This document shows, piece by piece, positions 1-7,637 of a stretch of DNA of 16,778 nucleotides. The position numbers and the translations under genes were made by a program. The number at the start of each line of letters is the position of its first letter. The first letter of the stretch is position 1. The stretch is from NCBI GenBank assembly GCA_048941265.1, contig JBHLNT010000085.1, positions 1-16,778 of the forward strand, in the 5' to 3' direction. The DNA is from Promethearchaeota archaeon. Its GTDB lineage: Archaea > Asgardarchaeota > Lokiarchaeia > Sigyniarchaeales > SOKP01. The notes beneath the pieces were generated by a model. It was not told the origin of the DNA and ran no database searches. It worked only from the letters and a program-made list of their open reading frames with translations.

Positions 1-134
1 ATATTATTGTAAGCAAGCAATCGGCAATCATATTTATCAATCCTTTAAAATTTAAAACAAAGTGATTTCTTTTTTCATAACTAGAATCATATATGTTTTT
101 ATAATTTAAAATTATTTTTTTTGAAAAAAAAGGA

Positions 135-359
135 TTAACTTGTCATTTCTCTAATTTTTCCCTCTATCCAACCATGCTTAAACGATTTTTTGCAATCATA
201 TTCGCTTATATATGGTTTTATATCTAAAATTGGTGTTTGATCCAATATATCTACGTTTTTAACTTAATGTTATGTTTAGTAGGTAAATTGGATTGGAATG
301 CCTTCTAATGATTAAAATTTTATATGAATAATCACGATTGGATTGAAGCATATTTTATC
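135..359 (-). pseudogene. tsaA: Decayed tRNA (N6-threonylcarbamoyladenosine(37)-N6)-methyltransferase TrmO/TsaA (YaeB family) remnant
   Basis: Manual translation of one minus-strand frame: 359->279 DKICFNPIVIIHIKF*SLEGIPIQFTY resembles the family N-terminus (PIGxIHSPF...PIQ). Three stops follow. 263->135 VKNVDILDQTPILDIKPYISEYDCKKSFKHGWIEGKIREMTS* carries the family motif DxLDGTPILDIKPY...GW. The central part of the gene is missing. True 5' end not defined. Confidence 0.8.
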
Positions 360-506
360 GGGAAGCTTTCGATTTTCACAGGAATTTAGGTCTTTTATTA
401 TAATTTCTATAGATATTATTAATTCGCAGTTAGCAAAATTAATTACTCCATATTAAAATACAAATAATAAAAAAGAAATAAATTATCAGAATTAAATAAA
501 ACTAAG

Positions 507-2369
507 ATGGTTAATTTTTTAGAATACTTGAAAGAGGAAAATATTATTGAGAATACAATTGAATTATATAGTCTTAGTCTAAAAGAGAATAGCGAAATAA
601 AATTTCTAAATAAAATCTTAGAATATTTATTTAAAAAGAGTAAGATCAATTATGATTCTGGTCTTGATATTTTTGGAAGTATCTATCAAAGAAATCTAAG
701 TCATAAAGAGAAAAAAATCTTAGGTGAATTTTATACTCCACCTTCGGTTGTAAATTACATTTTAGATACTATAGGATATAAAAACGTTTATGGTATTGAA
801 AATAAAAAGCTCATTGACTTAAGTTGCGGTTCTGGAAGTTTTATCATCCAGGCAATTAAAAGACTAGTTTATCGCCATATGAGGCTATTAAATTATGAAG
901 ATCTTTCTAATTTGGCACCAAAAGAGGCAAATAATGTTGTTTTAAATATTAAAGAAAAGATTTATGGGATTGATATCAATCCAATTGCATGTATTTTATG
1001 TCAGCTTAACATTCATTATGTACTATTTGAATTATTAGAAATTATCAAAAAATTCAATGAGAATTATATTTTACCTAAATTCAATATTAGAAATATTGAC
1101 TCTATGGATTTAAAAGATTATGAGCATTACGATTTTATAGTTGGTAATCCCCCCTATTTATTTATTAGAGATATCCCAATTGAGCAAAGGAAACTAATCG
1201 AGGCAAGGAATTTGAAAACTAATAAGGGCCAATACGATTATTATCAAATTTTCTTAGAATTAGGAATAAATTTTCTAAAAAATGGAGGAAAACTAGGTTA
1301 TATCGTCCCCGATTCTCTATTAGCCTTGTCCTATCGTTCAATCATTCGAGAATATATCTTCAATACTACAAAAATCAATGAAATATACCACACAGGACCA
1401 AAGTTCAATGTTCCTGTAGTCTCAAACATTATTTTATCTCTTGAAAAAGAATATGATTTATCCAAAAGAGAAAAAAATCTTGTTAAAATCAGATTATTAA
1501 ATCAACAAGAAAAACAAATTCCACAGAAAACAATAAAAAAATGGAATTTCAAATTCTTAGTTTATTTAAATGAAGCAGATATTCCCATACTTGAATATTT
1601 AAATGAAAATTTTCCAAAATTGAAAGATTTAAGCAAATTTAAAGGTTTTAAGATTGGCTTAAGTAGAGGAGCCGAATTAGCGAAAACTGGAGAAATAGTC
1701 TACTGTGAAGAGTGCCAAACCTATTTCCCAGTTCCTAAAAAATTTTTTCTTTGTCCTGAATGTAAATCTGATTTAAAACTAGCAAATAAGGAAAAAATCA
1801 TTTACTCAGAAATCCCTAAGGATAAAGATGGTAATTATAAAAAATTCTTATTCTCGATTAATAGATATCAAATAAAAGAAAATAAATTTATTGACATTAG
1901 CAAGAAGGGGATTAACTATAAGAATTTGGATATCTATTATGATCGAATTGTGATTAGGCAGCTAAGCCAAAATAGTATGATATGCGCTGTTTATGACCAA
2001 GATTTCTCAATTAATTCTCAATCATTTTATAATCTAAAAATTGTACATTCTCCATTAGAAGAGTTCAATCATTATTATCTGCTTGGTATTATTAATTCTC
2101 AACTATTATCATATTACTTTTTCAAATCCTTTGGATCTTATAAAAAACTTTTTCCTCGAATTTTAATTGAAAAAATTAAACAATTGCCAATAAAAATTCC
2201 TGAAACTAAGGAAGAAAGAGAAATTGCGAAAGAGATTACTGATAAAGTGCAAATTTTACTTACTACTTATGATATGAATATTCAACATGAAGTTGATTCA
2301 TTAATTTTTCAAATTTATAATATTAATAAAAAAAACAGAGAACATATCTCAAGTATACTTAAAAGTTAG
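507..2369 (+). CDS. N6-adenine DNA methyltransferase (gamma-class, N6_Mtase/Eco57I/TaqI-like) with C-terminal target-recognition domain; no cognate endonuclease adjacent
   Basis: GEFYTP (motif X), LIDLSCGSGSF (motif I, SAM binding), IYGIDIN, IVGNPPY (motif IV), GGKLGYIVP. C-terminal YLLGIINSQLL..F..ILIEKIKQLPI is typical of TaqI_C-like TRD ends. CxxC-x12-CxxC insert (CEEC...CPEC). Confidence 0.9.
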   Translation: MVNFLEYLKEENIIENTIELYSLSLKENSEIKFLNKILEYLFKKSKINYDSGLDIFGSIYQRNLSHKEKKILGEFYTPPSVVNYILDTIGYKNVYGIENKKLIDLSCGSGSFIIQAIKRLVYRHMRLLNYEDLSNLAPKEANNVVLNIKEKIYGIDINPIACILCQLNIHYVLFELLEIIKKFNENYILPKFNIRNIDSMDLKDYEHYDFIVGNPPYLFIRDIPIEQRKLIEARNLKTNKGQYDYYQIFLELGINFLKNGGKLGYIVPDSLLALSYRSIIREYIFNTTKINEIYHTGPKFNVPVVSNIILSLEKEYDLSKREKNLVKIRLLNQQEKQIPQKTIKKWNFKFLVYLNEADIPILEYLNENFPKLKDLSKFKGFKIGLSRGAELAKTGEIVYCEECQTYFPVPKKFFLCPECKSDLKLANKEKIIYSEIPKDKDGNYKKFLFSINRYQIKENKFIDISKKGINYKNLDIYYDRIVIRQLSQNSMICAVYDQDFSINSQSFYNLKIVHSPLEEFNHYYLLGIINSQLLSYYFFKSFGSYKKLFPRILIEKIKQLPIKIPETKEEREIAKEITDKVQILLTTYDMNIQHEVDSLIFQIYNINKKNREHISSILKS

Positions 2370-2485
2370 GAATTAAATATATTGTATATAATATAAAATT
2401 TTAAAATATGAAATTATCAATATTAAAATGTAAATTAAATGTTTCATTTAATCTCTTATAGATTAAAACAACAGTTTTTATCGAT

Positions 2486-3070
2486 GTGAAACAAATGAAA
2501 CGGGTTGTGAAAAAGGCCAGAAAAACAACTGAAACGAATATAACGATTGAATTAAATTTAGATGGTACTGGGAAATATGAAATTGAAACCGGATTTAAGT
2601 TTTTTGATCATATGTTAAACCTATTAGCGAAGCACTCTGGAATTGATTTAAAAGTAAAAGCTATAGGAGATCTAACGCATCATATAATTGAAGATATTGG
2701 AATTCTACTTGGTGAATGTTTTCTCATTGCATTAGGAGATAAAAAAGGTATTAATAGATATGGAAATGCTTTTATCCCAATGGATGATTCATTGGCAAGA
2801 TGTGTAATAGATTTCTGTGGACGTAAAGCTTTAGTTATGCAACTAAATTTAAACGAAGAATGTAATATAGAAGATGTTGCAGTTGAAGACATTAAACATT
2901 TTTTTAATTCCTTTGCAGAGAATGCTAAAATGAACTTGCATTTATATGTCCTTTATGGAGAGGACCAACATCATAAGGTCGAATCTGCTTTTAAAGCACT
3001 TGCTTGGGCAATAAAAGGAGCAATAAAAATAAGTTCTGATGAAATTCCCTCAACGAAAGGAGTGCTTTAA
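2486..3070 (+). CDS. hisB: Imidazoleglycerol-phosphate dehydratase (start may be ATG at 2495)
   Basis: RKTTETNI, TGFKFFDHML, HHIIED, PMDDSLA, HHKVESAFKA and terminal PSTKGVL are IGPD signatures. Confidence 0.97.
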   Translation: MKQMKRVVKKARKTTETNITIELNLDGTGKYEIETGFKFFDHMLNLLAKHSGIDLKVKAIGDLTHHIIEDIGILLGECFLIALGDKKGINRYGNAFIPMDDSLARCVIDFCGRKALVMQLNLNEECNIEDVAVEDIKHFFNSFAENAKMNLHLYVLYGEDQHHKVESAFKALAWAIKGAIKISSDEIPSTKGVL

Positions 3071-3165
3071 ACTATTAAACAAAAAAATCTATAATTCTCG
3101 TTTTATAAAGCTTTTCTAAATTTTTCGCTTAAAATTTTTTATAGCACTTGTAGATTTAAAAAGCT
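2963..3165 (+). repeat. Left copy of ~200-bp diverged direct repeat (intact hisB 3' end + spacer + decayed start of the 7708 membrane gene)
   Basis: Aligns by eye to 7532-7733 at offset ~4569. ATAGCACTTGTAGATTTAAAAAGCT (3141-3165) corresponds to ATGGCATTTATAGATTTAAAAAAGCT (7708-7733). Confidence 0.9.
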
Positions 3166-3594
3166 ATATTATAGAATCAAGATGACAACTAATGATTTAT
3201 AATTTCTTTAGATTTATTCATTTTGGATATCTAAAAATCCTAAGAATCGTTGAATTCAAGAATATACTCTTTTTCTTCATGATAAGCAGCTCATTGAATA
3301 TTTAATTGTTGGATCATTAGAACCAACAATTTTAAGTTCTTTCAAATTTTTTTTCGTTTGGATATCTTATTGATTCCAATCCCCAAACTTTTAATATCCC
3401 TTTTAGAGTTTGTCGATTTTTAAAGCTCTATTTTTTTCTCACCCGTTTAATAATGGAATTCAAGATATCAATCTTCCCAAAAAAGAAAAAATTTTATAGG
3501 TATTCAAAGATCTGGGAAAAAGATTTTATTTGATGCTTCCATATAAAAATTAATTATGTAAATTTTTTTTTAATAATTTAGAAAAAAATAATTT

Positions 3595-3692
3595 CGTAAA
3601 GCGACGCATTAGGGTATCAAAAATTATCTGGAAAACTCCTCAAAAACGGGAGGAAAATGGGGGTTACCCTAAAAGCAAAGGACTTTTTCTTT
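3595..3692 (+). ncRNA. Putative structured RNA / cis-element, copy 1
   Basis: Outer stem TTAGGGTA (3609-3616) / TACCCTAA (3665-3672), inner hairpin TCCTC (3637-3641) / GAGGA (3650-3654), 3' TTTTTCTTT tract. Family not recognised. Confidence 0.45.
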
Positions 3693-3847
3693 AAAATAAA
3701 TAAAAGTGTCAATAAAATATCAGGTTCCCGAAATAGTGGAATGTTACACGAGTAATCAAGGATTTAGGAGAAATTTTTTATTTGATGCTTCCATACTAGA
3801 ATTAATTATGTAAGTTTTTTTTTTAATAATTTAGAAAAAATTAATTC

Positions 3848-3945
3848 CGTAAAGCGACGCATTAGGGTATCAAAAATTATCTGGAAAACTCCTCAAAAAC
3901 GGGAGGAAAATGGGGGTTACCCTAAAAGCAAAGGACTTTTTCTTT
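3848..3945 (+). ncRNA. Putative structured RNA / cis-element, copy 2 (identical to copy 1)
   Basis: Exact copy of 3595-3692. Confidence 0.45.
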
Positions 3946-4100
3946 AAAATAAATAAAAGTGTCAATAAAATATCAGGTTCCCGAAATAGTGGAATGTTAC
4001 ACGAGTAATCAAGGATTTAGGAGAAATTTTTTATTTGATGCTTCCATACTAGAATTAATTATGTAAGTTTTTTTTTTAATAATTTAGAAAAAATTAATTC

Positions 4101-4198
4101 CGTAAAGCGACGCATTAGGGTATCAAAAATTATATAATAGGTTCCTCAAAAACGGGAGGAAAACGGGGATTACCCTGAAAGCAAAGGACTTTTTCTTT
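4101..4198 (+). ncRNA. Putative structured RNA / cis-element, copy 3 (diverged)
   Basis: Same scaffold. Stem changes TACCCTAA->TACCCTGA and GGTTACCC->GATTACCC interconvert U-A and U.G pairs on the + strand. A 9-nt internal block is replaced. Confidence 0.45.
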
Positions 4199-4354
4199 GG
4201 AGTAGATATAAATATCAGAAAAATAGCAAAGGATTCAAATAAGAGAATTCTCTGCGAGCATTCAAGAATTTGGGGAAAAGATTTTATTTGATGCTTCCTT
4301 ATTAAAATAATAATGCAAATTTTTTAAAAAAAATTAAACAAAAGTGAATAATAA

Positions 4355-6805
4355 ATGATTGAACAAATATTAACTCCAGAAGAGGCGATGAACAAGGATG
4401 TTAATGAAATTCTTTATAAATTACATACAAATGAAACTGGGTTATCATCTTATGAAGCTAAAGAACGTCTTGATATATATGGTCCTAATGAGATTCCCGA
4501 AACAAAAACAAGTTCAATAGTCAAATTCTTAAGCAATTTTTGGGGTCCTATTCCTTGGATGATTGAAATCGCAGCTGTATTGTCTATTATTATCCAACAT
4601 TGGGAAGATTTCTTTGTAATCATCACGATGTTATTAATAAATGCAATAGTAAGATTTTGGGAAGAGAACAAAGCTGATAATGTAATAGAATTATTAAAAG
4701 AAAATTTAGCATTAAAAGCTCGAGTTTTAAGGGATAATGAATGGTGTAAAATATTATCAAGGGAACTTGTACCTGGTGATATAGTTCGGGTACGTATTGG
4801 AGAGATTATTCCCGCAGATATCAAACTATTTGAAGGTGAATATCTCTCTATAGATGAATCAGTATTAACGGGTGAATCACTTCCTGTAGATAAGGGTATT
4901 TTTGACATAGCATATGAGGGTGCAATTGTACAAAAAGGAGATATGAAAGGTATTGTCATTGGTACAGGTTTAAATACATTTTTTGGTAAGACAACATCAT
5001 TAGTTTCCAATAGCAAAACCAAAAGCCATTTTCAAAAAGCAGTTATTAAGATCGGAAATTATTTGATTGGGATAACGATATTTTTAGTAACAATCATGTT
5101 TATTGTAGGTATATTACGCCATGAGGCTTTTTTGGAACTCTTAAAATTTGCTTTAGTTTTAACAATTGCTGCAATTCCGGTAGCATTGCCTGCAGTATTA
5201 ATGGTATCAATGGCAGTTGGAGCAGCAAAACTTGCTAAAAAAAAAGCTATTGTAAAAAATTTGGTTGCAATTGAAGAATTAGCTAGTATGAATATGTTAT
5301 GTTCAGATAAAACAGGAACACTTACTAAGAATGAAATTACTATTGGCGAAATAATCCCATTGGAAAATTATACGATAAATGATGTACTTTTATATGGGAT
5401 TTTAGCATCTAAAGAAGAAGATAATGATCCTATTGATAATGCTTTCTTTAATAAATTTAGGGAATTATGCGGAAAATTTCCAGAATCTTGTAAAAATTTA
5501 ATGTTTAAACCCTATGATCCTATTATTAAACGTATAGAAGCATTTGTAGAACTAGAAGGAAAAACAATAGGAGTAGCCAAAGGTGCTATTCAAATGATTT
5601 TATCGATGGTAGATAATAAAGAAGAAATTCTTCCTGTAATTGACCAATACAGTAATAAGTTCGCTTCACAGGGATATCGTGCTTTAGGTGTAGCAAAATC
5701 AGAAGAAAATGGAATATGGCATTATGTTGGGATTGTAGCTTTATTTGATCCTCCACGTGAAGACTCTGCCGAAACAATTAAGATAGCAGGGTCTATGGGT
5801 ATTGATGTTAAAATGCTTACAGGAGATCACATTGCTATCGCAAAACAAATGGCATTCAATTTAGGAATGGGAACAAATATTATTTCAGCATCTACTCTTT
5901 TAGAAAAAAAAGAAAATGGAGCAGAGATATTAGCAGCAGAAGCAAACGGATTTGCAGAAGTTTATCCAGAGCATAAATTTGAAATTGTAGAGAATCTTCA
6001 GAAGATGGGTTATTTTGTCGGTATGACTGGCGATGGCGTCAATGACACTCCTGCTCTAAAAAAAGCTGACGTTGGAATTGCAGTTTCTAATGCAACTGAT
6101 GCTGCAAAATCTGCTGCTGATATAGTCCTAACAGAACCAGGACTTTCAATTATAATTGGAGCAACGGAGGAAAGCCGGAATGTTTTTGAACGTATGAAAA
6201 GCTATGCTACATATCGTATCGCAGAAACAATAAGAGTGTTAATATTTTTAGTATTAGCGATATTAATTTTTGATATTTATCCAATAACAGCTATTATGAT
6301 TGTTATATTAGCGTTATTGAATGATTTACCAATAATGACAATAGCTTTCGATAATGCAGAATATTCACAAAAACCAGATCAATGGAAGATGAAGCCACTT
6401 CTTATAACTGCAACAGTATTAGGTATTTTTGGTGTTGCTGCAAGTTTCTTTATACTTATATTAGGTATACTTGTATTTAATTTAGATATGGGAACTCTAC
6501 AAACTTTAATCTTTTTAAAATTAGCTATTTCAGGTCATATGACTATCTATTTAACTAGAGCACGTGAAAAACATTTCTGGCAAAAACCTTATCCAGCACC
6601 AATTTTATTGATAGCGTGTGAAGCAACTCAAATAGTAGCTACAATTTTTGCTGCGGAAGGAATCTTAATGATGCCAATCGGTTGGGCATTTGCAATTTTT
6701 ATATGGATATACGCTCTTACTGCATTTATAATCGCAAATTTTTTAAAAGTTGGAGTAATGAAATTGCTAGATCATAGAGAATTAAAGAAAAATGTAATAT
6801 TTTAA
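4355..6805 (+). CDS. Plasma-membrane proton-efflux P-type ATPase (P3A subfamily)
   Basis: FWGPIPWMIE, LTGESLPV, IPVALPAV, CSDKTGTLT (phospho-Asp ~D318), FDPPREDS, MLTGD, GMTGDGVND, YRIAETIR and the M6 LLNDLPIMTIA with the conserved proton-acceptor Asp. Confidence 0.95.
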   Translation: MIEQILTPEEAMNKDVNEILYKLHTNETGLSSYEAKERLDIYGPNEIPETKTSSIVKFLSNFWGPIPWMIEIAAVLSIIIQHWEDFFVIITMLLINAIVRFWEENKADNVIELLKENLALKARVLRDNEWCKILSRELVPGDIVRVRIGEIIPADIKLFEGEYLSIDESVLTGESLPVDKGIFDIAYEGAIVQKGDMKGIVIGTGLNTFFGKTTSLVSNSKTKSHFQKAVIKIGNYLIGITIFLVTIMFIVGILRHEAFLELLKFALVLTIAAIPVALPAVLMVSMAVGAAKLAKKKAIVKNLVAIEELASMNMLCSDKTGTLTKNEITIGEIIPLENYTINDVLLYGILASKEEDNDPIDNAFFNKFRELCGKFPESCKNLMFKPYDPIIKRIEAFVELEGKTIGVAKGAIQMILSMVDNKEEILPVIDQYSNKFASQGYRALGVAKSEENGIWHYVGIVALFDPPREDSAETIKIAGSMGIDVKMLTGDHIAIAKQMAFNLGMGTNIISASTLLEKKENGAEILAAEANGFAEVYPEHKFEIVENLQKMGYFVGMTGDGVNDTPALKKADVGIAVSNATDAAKSAADIVLTEPGLSIIIGATEESRNVFERMKSYATYRIAETIRVLIFLVLAILIFDIYPITAIMIVILALLNDLPIMTIAFDNAEYSQKPDQWKMKPLLITATVLGIFGVAASFFILILGILVFNLDMGTLQTLIFLKLAISGHMTIYLTRAREKHFWQKPYPAPILLIACEATQIVATIFAAEGILMMPIGWAFAIFIWIYALTAFIIANFLKVGVMKLLDHRELKKNVIF

Positions 6806-6816
6806 AATTATCGTGA

Positions 6817-6853
6817 ATTTTTTTTACTACATATTTTTTGACTTTTTTTTTAT
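6817..6853 (+). terminator. Oligo-T tracts after the ATPase stop (archaeal-type termination candidate)
   Basis: Three successive T-runs within ~50 nt of the stop codon. The region is AT-rich, so specificity is low. Confidence 0.35.
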
Positions 6854-7531
6854 TAAAAGTACACTCGCGTGAAACGATTTGTAATTTCTTAAAGCGATGG
6901 ACGTTTCATGACATAATATACTACATATTTTTTTAATTCTACTTGAAATTTTTTAAAGAAACTATTTGCAAACAGTTTTCAATAATAAAAATCATCATCA
7001 AAGCAAGTTCTTGAAAGATTAAGCTAATCTAAATACAACTTATATTGCAAAATTTTTTTCTATTTTATTAAATTTGTAAAATTCGATTTTTAAAAAGTTT
7101 ATAATGACCCGAAAGATTTCATTGACAGTGGAATTGTTTAGAATTTTCTATATTTTTCTTAATTTTCGTTTTTAATTTTTTTTTAACAGTTTAGGAGGTT
7201 CCTTTTCATAGATCTCAACAAAAGTGCGTTGTTGGCTTAATATATAATAAATATATTATATTAACTTTCTAATTCCCGCAGGTATTGGAACGAAATTATT
7301 TTTTTTGTTCATTTGAAATATATTCATTTTTCTAAATTAATATTACTTAAACGCCTATAACCTCTCATCTTTCGTGGGTTAGATCTAAACTAACAAGCAG
7401 ACATTAAGATTAATAGGATTGAGGATGGGATTCAGTTTTTGGATGGGGAGTACCCATAAGGATTGATCGAGTGCATTCAAAGCATATTTTTTTACGCAAG
7501 TACTGGTTTAATCAAGGTCATAAAAGAATCA

Positions 7532-7637
7532 GACCAACATCAAAAGGGCAAAGTTGCTTTTAAAGCTTGTTAGGGCAATAAAAAGTGCAATAAAAATGAC
7601 TACTGATGAAATTCCCTCAACAAAAGGAGTGATTTAA
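7532..7637 (+). pseudogene. hisB: Frameshifted duplicate of the hisB 3' end
   Basis: Reads DQHQKGKVAFKA-(2-nt deletion)-..AIKSAIKMTTDEIPSTKGVI* versus DQHHKVESAFKALAWAIKGAIKISSDEIPSTKGVL*. By hand count, 14 substitutions plus a 2-nt gap over 108 nt. Confidence 0.92.

Larger units (their letters stand above)
3503..4335. repeat. Tandem array, period 252-253 bp, three full units plus partial flanking units
   Basis: TGATGCTTCC recurs at 3531, 3783, 4036 and 4289. CGTAAAGCGACGCATTAGGGTATCAAAAATTAT recurs at 3595, 3848 and 4101. 3595-3880 is identical to 3848-4133. Confidence 0.97.
3166..7531. mobile_element. Putative inserted segment / genomic islet between hisB and the membrane-protein gene (repeat array + P-type ATPase); no integrase or transposase visible
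   Basis: Bounded by the ~200-bp direct repeats. Removing it plus one repeat restores a hisB-70 bp-membrane gene arrangement. Mobility is inferred, not shown. Confidence 0.6.

Noticed and set aside
1-31. Possible minus-strand gene start (ATG at 31, MIADCLLTII..., AAGGA upstream) running off the window
   Set aside because: Only 10 codons are visible, so it cannot be supported.
3180-3500. Possible decayed LRR-like coding remnant on the minus strand (..DIKSLGIGINKISK../NLKELKI..)
   Set aside because: Short, frame-broken, and the similarity is too weak to support without a search.
3631-3670. Archaeal origin ORB elements (TTCC..GGAA..GGGG-like strings in AT-rich DNA)
   Set aside because: Dyad spacing does not match the ORB consensus, the copies are in tandem rather than inverted around a DUE, and no orc1/cdc6 gene is nearby.
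3531-3692. Known riboswitch (yybP-ykoY, M-box, c-di-AMP, fluoride) or box C/D sRNA
   Set aside because: I could not match their consensus motifs. TGATGC only resembles a C box and no conserved CTGA D box exists in all copies. An Rfam search is needed for certainty.
4059-4115. Minus-strand micro-ORF MRRFTELIFSKLLKKKLT* in repeat units (type I toxin-like size)
   Set aside because: It is not hydrophobic enough for a type I toxin, has no ribosome site, and its end frameshifts through a poly-T run in copy 1.
3503-4335. CRISPR array
   Set aside because: The 253-bp period is far too long, two inter-core segments are identical rather than unique spacers, and there are no cas genes in the window.
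7441-7465. GGGGAGTAC string reminiscent of 16S rRNA or the yybP-ykoY motif
   Set aside because: Only ~9 nt match and the flanks do not continue either consensus.
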